Shown in pieces: positions 28,792 to 36,545 of a stretch of 58,351 nucleotides of DNA. The notes beneath the pieces were generated by a model, which searched no databases, was not told where the DNA came from, and was given only the letters and a program-made list of their open reading frames with translations. Source of the DNA: an uncultured Gammaproteobacteria bacterium (GTDB lineage Bacteria > Patescibacteriota > Microgenomatia > UBA12405 > JAHJSD01); the NCBI GenBank assembly GCA_964468355.1, contig CAYXSV010000036.1, forward strand, positions 1 through 58,351, in the 5' to 3' direction. Each line of letters starts with the position of its first letter. Position 1 is the stretch's first letter. Position numbers and translations under genes: made by a program.

Positions 28792-29219
28792 TGGCTGTTA
28801 AGGTGACGTTTAACAACTTTCGAAACTTTTGAACCGTCAGCTCTTCCTTTAACTTTACTCATAACTTGACCCATAATTTTTCCAAAGTCCGGCTGGTCAA
28901 CCTTGTCAGCAACATCCGATACTATATTTTCAATTTCTTTTTCTGAAAGCATTTCAGGTAAATAACGTTGTAAAATTTTAATATCTTTTTTTTCTTTATC
29001 AGCCAAATCTTGACGGCCGCCTTTTTTAAACATTTTTAAGGCCTCTTTTTTGTTTTTTAATTCTTTTTGAAGGACCCTTAGGCCGTCAAAATCACTATCT
29101 CTTGCTTCTTCTGCCTGTAAAAGTGAGTAAAGATATTTCAAACTGTCTGACAAGTCTTTCTCACCGGATTTCATTGCTTTTTGGGCATCGTTTTTAATTT
29201 TTTTCATTAAATTGTTCAT
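28788..29219 (-). CDS. yqeY: GatB/YqeY-domain protein
   Basis: Typical YqeY sequence (AMKSGEK...LQRYLP..LSE.EI...V......DFGKIMG.VM) and rpsU-yqeY synteny. Confidence 0.85.
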   Translation of the reverse strand: MNNLMKKIKNDAQKAMKSGEKDLSDSLKYLYSLLQAEEARDSDFDGLRVLQKELKNKKEALKMFKKGGRQDLADKEKKDIKILQRYLPEMLSEKEIENIVSDVADKVDQPDFGKIMGQVMSKVKGRADGSKVSKVVKRHLNSQ

Positions 29220-29220
29220 A

Positions 29221-29394
29221 TCAGTTTCCTTTTTTTAATGCTTTCTTTTTCTCATATCTTTTCTGAGACGGTTTGACAAACTCCTGTCTATCCCGGATAT
29301 CGTCAATTATATTAGTCTGTTTGATAAGTTGATAAAACCGGTTAAGCATATCATGTATTGATTCTCCTTTTTTTCTTTTAACCACAATTGGCAT
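29221..29394 (-). CDS. rpsU: Ribosomal protein S21 (57 aa; below the ORF-track cutoff)
   Basis: Hand translation: MPIVVKRKKGESIHDMLNRFYQLIKQTNIIDDIRDRQEFVKPSQKRYEKKKALKKGN, with a TGA stop. S21-like pattern and position upstream of yqeY. Confidence 0.85.
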   Translation of the reverse strand: MPIVVKRKKGESIHDMLNRFYQLIKQTNIIDDIRDRQEFVKPSQKRYEKKKALKKGN

Positions 29395-29424
29395 TGCATA
29401 TCAACACCTCCCTTCATATTATTT

Positions 29425-29506
29425 CGTAACATGAAACACGTAACCCGTAACACGAAATCCCAAAAAATATTATATGTTACATGTTACTTGTTATTTGTCA
29501 CGTTAC
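29425..29506. repeat. Empty heptad hairpin unit 1: left arm CGTAACA TGAAACA CGTAACC CGTAACA CGAAAT, 15-nt loop, right arm ATGTTAC ATGTTAC TTGTTAT TTGTCAC GTTAC
   Basis: The arms are imperfect reverse complements. The left arm (29425-29458) is repeated exactly at 29553-29586. Confidence 0.85.
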
Positions 29507-29552
29507 TTTTAGTTTAACAAAGAATTATGTGAAGGACAATAGTTAAAAAAAA

Positions 29553-29621
29553 CGTAACATGAAACACGTAACCCGTAACACGAAATAAAAAAAGATTTTG
29601 CATGTTACTTATTACGTTAAC
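29553..29621. repeat. Empty heptad hairpin unit 2 (identical 34-nt left arm; shorter right arm ATGTTACTTATTACGTTAAC overlapping the stop codon of the 29617 gene)
   Basis: Perfect 34-nt direct repeat of 29425-29458. Confidence 0.85.
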
Positions 29622-30246
29622 TATTCTCGTCTAAACAAAGAATCCAATCTCTTGTATTTACCGTCCCATTGTCATCAAAATCATACCTGGTATCACTTGT
29701 CCCAAATTTTTCTTTAAATTCACTTTTATCACAACTGGTTACTTTTTCAGACGGTTCAGACGGTTCAACCGGTTGTGTAGTAGCTTGCGGCTTCGGGCTC
29801 GGTTCAGCTGCCGGCATGTCCGTCGGCTCGACAACCGGCTCCGGCTCTTGAGATGCTGCCCCTTCTTCCTCTTTAGTTTTAAAAGAATAAGGAATACCGT
29901 TATTATCAAAAATCTCATCGTCTATTCTTAACCTAAAATAATAAGTCGTCTCTGATTTAAGCGGTGATAAAACCACCCGATGAGTTGTCCCCGGCTGATT
30001 TTCCAAAGCTCTTAAAAGCAAGCTGGCTGGAGTTGTACCATACTCGACAGTACCTTGGACTTCATTATCAGTCTGCCAGCTGACGGTCGCTGATTTAACA
30101 TCGGCCTCAACCCGGACATTCTGCGGTTCTTTTCCACCGGAAGCACCACTTAAATAAGTTTTAGCAGTTCTTACTCCAACTGCAGCTAAAACTCCGGTTA
30201 ATAACAAAATTACAATTATAATGACTGATTTTACCTTTTTCTTCAT
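29617..30246 (-). CDS. Membrane-anchored FN3-like domain protein with a C-terminal single dockerin-like Ca-loop
   Basis: Start set at MKKKVKS (ATGA overlap with the upstream stop). FN3/PAP-N-like PQNVRVEADVKSATVSWQTDNEVQGTVEYG...TTYYFRLR. P/E-rich linker. C...YDFDDNGTVNTRDWILC. Confidence 0.6.
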   Translation of the reverse strand: MKKKVKSVIIIVILLLTGVLAAVGVRTAKTYLSGASGGKEPQNVRVEADVKSATVSWQTDNEVQGTVEYGTTPASLLLRALENQPGTTHRVVLSPLKSETTYYFRLRIDDEIFDNNGIPYSFKTKEEEGAASQEPEPVVEPTDMPAAEPSPKPQATTQPVEPSEPSEKVTSCDKSEFKEKFGTSDTRYDFDDNGTVNTRDWILCLDENS

Positions 30247-30914
30247 AATGCTAACACCCAACTAAATAATAACATAATTCCTCCACCCAATGCAGCGATA
30301 AGTAAAGGAGTTTCTATACCTGTTTCCGGAAGCTCGCTCGGTGTAGGTGTTGGTTCTTCAGGAGCAGAAGTCGGCTGGGGTTCTTCTGTTGGTTCCGGTT
30401 CTCCGGCCCCGATTACGTAACTGCCGCTGCCGCAAGCAGCACAGTCAATTAAATCATTTCCCTGTTGATCCCAAATTGCAGAGTCAGTATCAACCCCGGA
30501 TTCACATAAAAAAGAAACTGAAGCTGTCCCTTCGGCAGTTGCTTCAAAACTAATAGTTGCAATTTCACCAACTCCGCTGTTGGTTACCAAGGCCTGTTCA
30601 GAAAAAGAATAAATCGTCAGCTTACCATTAGCGTTTTCAATATTATAATCAAACCCGGAAAAGAAATCACCTGCTGAAACCTGGTTAACTTTTAATTTAT
30701 TCTGGTCAAAACTAATTAAAGCGTCAGCGGCCATTGCTTCCTTATCTCCGGTGTCAATCTGAACAACCACATCAAAATTATCGCCAACATTATAATTACC
30801 TTCCGAGGGTTCAAAATACAAACGCGGACCGGCCTTAGCACCTACGGCAGATGCATGCCATATAAAAACAAAAACGATTATTGGTAATCCTAACCATTTT
30901 AATATTTTGTTCAT
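30243..30914 (-). CDS. Cohesin-domain protein with a C-terminal LPETG sortase sorting signal
   Basis: Signal peptide. Cohesin-like YFEPSEGNYNVGDNFDVVVQIDTG...ALISFDQNKLKV...GEIATISFEATAEGTASVSF. PT linker. LPETG (nt 30318-30332) followed by a hydrophobic tail. Confidence 0.7.
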   Translation of the reverse strand: MNKILKWLGLPIIVFVFIWHASAVGAKAGPRLYFEPSEGNYNVGDNFDVVVQIDTGDKEAMAADALISFDQNKLKVNQVSAGDFFSGFDYNIENANGKLTIYSFSEQALVTNSGVGEIATISFEATAEGTASVSFLCESGVDTDSAIWDQQGNDLIDCAACGSGSYVIGAGEPEPTEEPQPTSAPEEPTPTPSELPETGIETPLLIAALGGGIMLLFSWVLAL

Positions 30915-30921
30915 TTAAACC

Positions 30922-31506
30922 TTATTCAATATTCAAAACTAAATCTTCTTTAGTAAAACCGAACTCTTCTCCTCCGCCGGCAAGTACAGTACCTTCACTT
31001 CCTACAGGGGCGTAAACTTCAATCTTAGTTTGACCGGCAGCTAAACCCACCAATTTTATAGTCGATAAATTGGTTTGACTTCCTGCCTCAAAAACTACCC
31101 CTTCCGGAGCGTCGGTTTCAACCATAGAAATTAATACCCTTTCTTTTTCCGGCTCAACCCAATTACGGCCGACAAAAGAAAATTCGTCGGTAGGATCAGC
31201 CCCGATAATTTCAACTACATCCGGGTCATATTTAAGATAAATATCAACCCCGTCCAGATTTATCGTTTTTAAAGCAGTTAAAACTACTTTAAACGACTCC
31301 TCTTCTCCAGCACTTATTTGATTTTCACCTTCCAAGCTTATTATCGCCGGTTCTTGAACTTCGTTTATCTCATTCGGTGATGAAAAACGTTCTTTTACCG
31401 AGCCGGTTTTTAACTGTAATCGATTTACTACAATTACACTTTCTAAAATAATTAGTAAAGCCAAGGCCGGAATCAACCATTTCGTTTTTTCTATATTAAA
31501 ATTCAT
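30922..31506 (-). CDS. Membrane-anchored cohesin-like domain protein
   Basis: N-terminal TM helix. FKVVLTALKTINLDGVDIYLKYDPDVVEI...LSTIKLVGLAAGQTKIEVY. Confidence 0.55.
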   Translation of the reverse strand: MNFNIEKTKWLIPALALLIILESVIVVNRLQLKTGSVKERFSSPNEINEVQEPAIISLEGENQISAGEEESFKVVLTALKTINLDGVDIYLKYDPDVVEIIGADPTDEFSFVGRNWVEPEKERVLISMVETDAPEGVVFEAGSQTNLSTIKLVGLAAGQTKIEVYAPVGSEGTVLAGGGEEFGFTKEDLVLNIE

Positions 31507-31562
31507 TTTATTTATTTCACCCCTTATTAATTAATAACATTTAATTAATCTATTTTCAAGAT

Positions 31563-32687
31563 TTAAAGTTCGTCTTCGTATTTTGTACTCAGTGTTTCCA
31601 GGAAAAAGACAACATCCTGTGAATTGACAATCCCGTTAAAATTAATATCTTCTTCGATTTCACCTTCAACCATTAATGCTTGTTTCAAAGTGGTAAAATC
31701 AGCGCTGTTAACTACACCGTTTTGGTCAATATCCCCGGGCTCCAAATTAAGAGCAGTCCAATCAAACTCGTTTTCGCCGGCATTCAAAGTAATACCTTCC
31801 TCGCCGAGCCAGCAGTGTTCCACCTGCTCATCCTCACAAAAACGGCGGGCTAAATGGACCGGACCTTTTATTAAAACTGCATAGTTGTCCCCCGGCTCAA
31901 CCCCGACTAATTCTAAACTACCTGTCCCCACGGCTTGGTTATCAAATTCAACCATTACATCTTTATACCTTTGACTGATTCCATTACCTTTCACAATTAC
32001 GTCAACCGGCTGTGTTCCAATATCTTCAACAATTTTTTCCTGATTATTAACCAAATATTTTGTTCCTCCAAATGTAATTTGAAAAGACAATTCCGGCCAG
32101 CCGGCAGGCGGTTCAGTAGGAATTGGCGTCGGTTCGCCCCCTAAAACATCAATCTCCGCGTCGGAAAATGAACCAATATCCAAAACTCTATCATCAACTC
32201 CTTCAACCCCCTTTGACCCGACAAATGAAACAGCTGCTGTTTTAGACAGAGTACTACTGCCTTCATTTAATAATTTAAATTTAAAACCAGCTAAATTGAA
32301 CGGTTCAGCCGGAATTTGGCCGTCTGATTTTAAATATGAAACGGTTTCAACTACCCCCTCGTCAACTACCTGAGAAACGCCGTTATAATTCTCATTTAAT
32401 TCCACCGATTGAAATTCCAGAATATTAGGGTCATAACTAATACTGAAATGACCGCCGCTGACTAAATATTCTTCAGGCAGTACCTGCAATTGAACATTAG
32501 CTGTTTCTTGATCAAGGTCAACTTCTTGAACATCCGGAAGAAGCTGTAAGTTAATTTCTCCATAGGCAGCTTCTCTTCTTACTTCCTGGGTCTGCTTTAC
32601 CAAAATTAAACCGGCAAAGACGGATATAAAAGGAATTAAAAGTAACAAAACCAATATCCTATTTTTATAATCTTTTTGATTAGTCAT
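31563..32687 (-). CDS. Cohesin-like, beta-sandwich and canonical type-I-like dockerin protein
   Basis: N-terminal TM helix plus QTQEVRREAA. HFSISYDPNILEF cohesin-like region. C-terminal DIDQNGVVNSADFTTLKQAL...DINFNGIVNSQDVVFFLETL (two Ca-loop/helix repeats). Confidence 0.7.
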   Translation of the reverse strand: MTNQKDYKNRILVLLLLIPFISVFAGLILVKQTQEVRREAAYGEINLQLLPDVQEVDLDQETANVQLQVLPEEYLVSGGHFSISYDPNILEFQSVELNENYNGVSQVVDEGVVETVSYLKSDGQIPAEPFNLAGFKFKLLNEGSSTLSKTAAVSFVGSKGVEGVDDRVLDIGSFSDAEIDVLGGEPTPIPTEPPAGWPELSFQITFGGTKYLVNNQEKIVEDIGTQPVDVIVKGNGISQRYKDVMVEFDNQAVGTGSLELVGVEPGDNYAVLIKGPVHLARRFCEDEQVEHCWLGEEGITLNAGENEFDWTALNLEPGDIDQNGVVNSADFTTLKQALMVEGEIEEDINFNGIVNSQDVVFFLETLSTKYEDEL

Positions 32688-32689
32688 TT

Positions 32690-33994
32690 TTAAAATTTAG
32701 GCAACTCACTATACCACTGTTCAACATCATCTTCACTTAAAATACCGTCGCAATTAAAGTCACCGTATAAATTATCACTGCCTAACTTATAATCATCGTA
32801 CCAGCCGGCAAAATCTTCCATATTAACTGTTCCGTCACAGTCGTAATCGGCTTTAGACTCAATTTTAGTTCCGTCCGGACACGGCTTGCACCCGGTTTGG
32901 GGCTCCGTCGTGGCTGTCGGCTCCGGTGTATTAGTTGCACTCGGCGGCATCGTGGCTGTCGGTTCCGGCGTATTGGTTGCACTTGGCGGCATCGTGGCTG
33001 TCGGCTCCGGTGTATTGGTTGCACTCGGCGGTCTTGTGTTTGTCGGTGTCGGCGTACTTTCCGTACAATCCTGGACAAATACCGCTGTCCCTCCGGTATA
33101 ATCAATATCAACCGACTTTCCGTCTTCAGTAGTCCCGGCAACAATAGATTTACTCTCATTCAGATTAAAATTAAACCGCCCCGGTTCAGTGCCGGTAATC
33201 TCAACACCAATTCTAAAGCTCCTCGGCGGGTTACCACCGGCATAAAGCGAAGTTACAAGCAGCTCATTATTTCTGGCATCATAACCTCCCTCCCCCCACT
33301 TACTATCAAAAGTTACATTTTTAATTGTGCTTCTGGTCGAATCATAATCAAAATACAACTGCAAACCGGACATGCTTTTTCCTGAATCGCCTGAAACGGT
33401 TATTGTTCCCGTTTCTTGTGTGCAAAGATGCAAACTGCTCGGCTGGGAAATTGTAATTGTCTCACCTGCCGGACTGTCCGTCGGAGTGGAAGCCGGTGTA
33501 TTAGTATTAACCGGACTATCACAATCAACCACCTTTACCGTGGTATCACCGGATGCACTAATATTCATACTGTCATCTTCAAGTCCACTCATAAAACTTT
33601 TCCCGGTTAATAACCTAAAACTTGAATTGCCTAAACTTTTACCCCTTAAAGTAACATTAAATTGAATATTTTTTTGAGGATTTGCAAACATATGAGAACT
33701 AACACTTAAATCACCCTCAAAAATACTCCAAGTTTTGTTGACATCTTCAATCTCGACTTTACTATCATCAAATCCAAAGTCGAAAGCATAACTGGTTATT
33801 TTCTGGTTTGAACTGCCGCTTACCGCAAAAGTCTCCGTATCTCCCAAACACACTTCAACTTCTGAGGGAAGCTGAATATTCCCACCGCCTGCCGCCCCTC
33901 TTCTTGTTTCTAAATTTTCTCGAACAACATAACCGGCGAAGACAAGACTTAGCAAGCCAACTATACTGATAAAAGCTAATTTTAAGTTATTCAT
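32690..33994 (-). CDS. Protein with two Cys-stapled cohesin-like modules, a PT-repeat linker and a Cys-framed dockerin-like C-terminus
   Basis: N-terminal TM helix plus ENLETRRGAAGG. Modules VEVCLG...VVDC and HLCTQ...VQDC. Three copies of PPSATNTPEPTATM. CKPCPDG...DYDCDGTVNMEDF...DFNCDGILSEDDV. Confidence 0.65.
   Translation of the reverse strand: MNNLKLAFISIVGLLSLVFAGYVVRENLETRRGAAGGGNIQLPSEVEVCLGDTETFAVSGSSNQKITSYAFDFGFDDSKVEIEDVNKTWSIFEGDLSVSSHMFANPQKNIQFNVTLRGKSLGNSSFRLLTGKSFMSGLEDDSMNISASGDTTVKVVDCDSPVNTNTPASTPTDSPAGETITISQPSSLHLCTQETGTITVSGDSGKSMSGLQLYFDYDSTRSTIKNVTFDSKWGEGGYDARNNELLVTSLYAGGNPPRSFRIGVEITGTEPGRFNFNLNESKSIVAGTTEDGKSVDIDYTGGTAVFVQDCTESTPTPTNTRPPSATNTPEPTATMPPSATNTPEPTATMPPSATNTPEPTATTEPQTGCKPCPDGTKIESKADYDCDGTVNMEDFAGWYDDYKLGSDNLYGDFNCDGILSEDDVEQWYSELPKF
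32910..33031. repeat. 42-bp tandem repeat, about 2.9 copies (encodes the PPSATNTPEPTATM linker)
   Basis: Units at 32910-32951, 32952-32993 and 32994-33031 with a few substitutions. Confidence 0.9.
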
Positions 33995-34050
33995 ATACGT
34001 ATATTAATTAAACAATACAACATTTTTAAAAAAAATAAAAGTCCCAATTT

Positions 34051-36006
34051 TTAATCACAATTAGAATGTTCCGTTGGACACCATCGGGCATACCATATTT
34101 GATGATCCGAAACAGTAATATCCCCGTCGCAATCATAATCTCCATATAATTCATCTTTATCTACTCTCTGTCCGTCTAATTTAACTTTAGAATACTGCTG
34201 TGCCCATCGGCCGTAATCGACATTTTGTTTACCGTCGGTATCACAATTAAAACTAGATGTTCTAACAGGAGCAAAACTGCCGTCCGGACACGGCTTGCAT
34301 CTTTCTTCCCCACCCCCGACAACAATTTTCTGACTCAATAGGTTATTTTCTTCGTTAACTTCCTCAATCTGGTCTTCACGATCAACCCATACATAAACAT
34401 CGTGTTCGCCGGCTTCATCAAAGACATAATCATACGACCAGTCAAACTTTTTATCCGGTATCAACCAAACATGATGACCGTAATATGAAGTTTCCGGTGT
34501 TGCTTGCGTCGGGGGCTGTTGCTCCGGGTCTATATATAAATAAGTAGTAAAATCCCTAGTTGCCATTTGACCAATATTTTTAATCTCGGCCGTTATACTT
34601 ACTTCATCTCCGGGCTGCGGATTAGACGGGCTGTAACTAATACTAGAAATTGTCAAATCCGGCATTCTGTCATCCTCCACACAGGCCGAATCCGGGGCCT
34701 CAAATTCTATTAAATAAGAACCCTCGGGTAGTTCGCTTCTGCTCCATCTAGCATTGGGAATATAAGGATTCCAATACTCGCCGTAGGTTATCGCCGAATG
34801 CGGCGGATTGCCCCTTAATTGCAAAAATTCATCATTTTCACATTTTTCTCTTTCACACAACCCAACATATAATCCATTTCTTTCATCTGTACTAATTATG
34901 GTAGTCATTTTAGCTCCTATTCTTGAATCTTCTAAAACCGGCTCAAAAGGGTTTGGCGGCCAAGCTACATACCAGGTACTTACTTCAATATCCGCTATAC
35001 TTCCGTCCTCACATACCGCCGCTGTCTCTATATCCCACGATAAACTCTCTGAAACTATTGATACTACCCGGTTACAGTTACTACACTCAGCCGTAGCATT
35101 ATTACAAGTTCCAACTGGATTACCTGTACACCAATTATCCATTTCGTCATATACATTAGCTACAACATAATATTTACCCTGGGAAACACCTGAAACATCC
35201 CACTCTGCTTCCCAACCGTCACTGCCATTATTATCAGTGTCAATTACCGTCCAATTATTACTGTCACAGTAATAACTCTCAGTAGCATTCTCCTTGTATT
35301 CTGCGTAGGCAAATGTTACTTCTTTTAAATCGCCGTCCTCATCACTCGCTGTTGCCTTCACCAATGTCTTATCCTCACTAATAACGGAATTTACGGATAA
35401 ATTAGTGCATTCAGGTACATTTTCGCCTCCTGAGGCCGGCGTATTGGTTGGGTCAACCGGTGGAGCAGGCGTAGGCGTTGGGTCAACCGGCGGTGCAGGT
35501 GTGCTTGTCGGCTCTTCACCACAAATACAATCGGTGTCAGTTAAACAATCCGGGTTTCTGCAAACACCTGAACTTGATATTATTTCTCTTTCAAAATCAG
35601 TTGTTTCAATTAACTCTTGTGCTAACTGATCACTTTCTCCCATCACAACTCCGCCGCTGACCGTCTGACAGTTTCCATCTGGGCCACATACGCAATCCTC
35701 TCCTTCCGGAGGCATCACATCCGGACAGTAAACACCAGTATTCCTTGGTACACAATCTTGTCCGCACCACATACAATCCCTGTCTGAACTACAGCCCTCT
35801 TTATAACAAACTAAACCGCTTCCACACTGTGAATCGTCTGAGCAAGGTTGATTACAATCACTGACAGCGGCCTTGCGGGTTTCCTGCCTTTGCTGAACTA
35901 AGTTGATTGCCGCCGGTAAAGCAATTCCTAAAATTAGTAAACCCAAAATTATCGGCAATTGAGACATGCCCTTTTGCTGATATTTTTTATTTTTGATTAA
36001 ATTCAT
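34051..36006 (-). CDS. Large secreted cysteine-rich modular protein (Cys-knot modules, Ig-like, CARDB-like, Cys-framed dockerin-like C-terminus)
   Basis: N-terminal TM helix plus QQRQETRKAA. CNQPCSDDSQCGSGLVCYKEGC... modules. CARDB-like PDLTISSISYSPSNPQPGDEVSITAEIKNIG. The C-terminal 82 aa CKPCPDG...WCPTEHSNCD is a paralog of the 36546 gene's C-terminus. Confidence 0.65.
   Translation of the reverse strand: MNLIKNKKYQQKGMSQLPIILGLLILGIALPAAINLVQQRQETRKAAVSDCNQPCSDDSQCGSGLVCYKEGCSSDRDCMWCGQDCVPRNTGVYCPDVMPPEGEDCVCGPDGNCQTVSGGVVMGESDQLAQELIETTDFEREIISSSGVCRNPDCLTDTDCICGEEPTSTPAPPVDPTPTPAPPVDPTNTPASGGENVPECTNLSVNSVISEDKTLVKATASDEDGDLKEVTFAYAEYKENATESYYCDSNNWTVIDTDNNGSDGWEAEWDVSGVSQGKYYVVANVYDEMDNWCTGNPVGTCNNATAECSNCNRVVSIVSESLSWDIETAAVCEDGSIADIEVSTWYVAWPPNPFEPVLEDSRIGAKMTTIISTDERNGLYVGLCEREKCENDEFLQLRGNPPHSAITYGEYWNPYIPNARWSRSELPEGSYLIEFEAPDSACVEDDRMPDLTISSISYSPSNPQPGDEVSITAEIKNIGQMATRDFTTYLYIDPEQQPPTQATPETSYYGHHVWLIPDKKFDWSYDYVFDEAGEHDVYVWVDREDQIEEVNEENNLLSQKIVVGGGEERCKPCPDGSFAPVRTSSFNCDTDGKQNVDYGRWAQQYSKVKLDGQRVDKDELYGDYDCDGDITVSDHQIWYARWCPTEHSNCD
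35447..35506. repeat. 30-bp tandem duplication encoding the TPAPPVDPT(P/N) linker
   Basis: GTTGGGTCAACCGGTGGAGCAGGCGTAGGC / GTTGGGTCAACCGGCGGTGCAGGTGTGCTT. Confidence 0.85.
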
Positions 36007-36521
36007 TTAAATATACTCATTATCCATTTCCATAACTTTAAAAACTCACTATTTTTTTCACAGTTAATTACTTTAACATCACTTTCTCCGGAAACACTGA
36101 TGTTTATGTCTTCGTCTTCTATTCCTCCCATCCAGCTGTCAGTTTCTAGAAATTTAAATTTTGAATTTCCAATTTTGGCACCTTTTAAGTTAACATTAAT
36201 CTGGAAATCTTTTTGGGGGTTGTTAAATATATGAGAACTCACTTTTAAATCACCATCTTTAATGCTCCACGTGCGATCAACATCTTCTATCTCCACCATA
36301 TTTTGATCAAAATCAAAAGCAAACACGTAACCGGTTATTTCTTGATCAGCCCGGCTTGTAACAGTTAATTTTTTAATTTCACCTAAACAGACTTCGACCT
36401 GAGGAGGAAGAATAATTTTTCCCTCAGCTTTAACCGGTCTTACAAAAAATAAATCTTGTTTAATAATAAGGTGAAGAAATATCAAAACTATTAAGAAAGA
36501 ACCGTATTTGAGTTTTTTCAT
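36003..36521 (-). CDS. Secreted Cys-stapled cohesin-like single-module protein (paralog of the N-terminal module of the 32690 gene)
   Basis: PPQVEVCLGEIKKLTVTSRADQEITGYVFAFDFDQNMVEIEDVDRTWSI...VKVINC aligns with PSEVEVCLGDTETFAVSGSSNQKITSYAFDFGFDDSKVEIEDVNKTWSI...VKVVDC. ATGA overlap with the next gene. Confidence 0.55.
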   Translation of the reverse strand: MKKLKYGSFLIVLIFLHLIIKQDLFFVRPVKAEGKIILPPQVEVCLGEIKKLTVTSRADQEITGYVFAFDFDQNMVEIEDVDRTWSIKDGDLKVSSHIFNNPQKDFQINVNLKGAKIGNSKFKFLETDSWMGGIEDEDINISVSGESDVKVINCEKNSEFLKLWKWIMSIFK

Positions 36522-36545
36522 AAAATATAAAGTAGCTTAAATATG

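Noticed and set aside
32782-33385. ORFs 32782-33159 (-), 32886-33101 (+), 32897-33385 (+) and 32935-33132 (+), which overlap the PT-repeat region
   Set aside because: These are alternative-frame or antisense readings of the GC-richer tandem repeat inside the 32690-33994 gene. Their translations are low-complexity (R/C/G-rich) and they are fully nested in a better-supported CDS.
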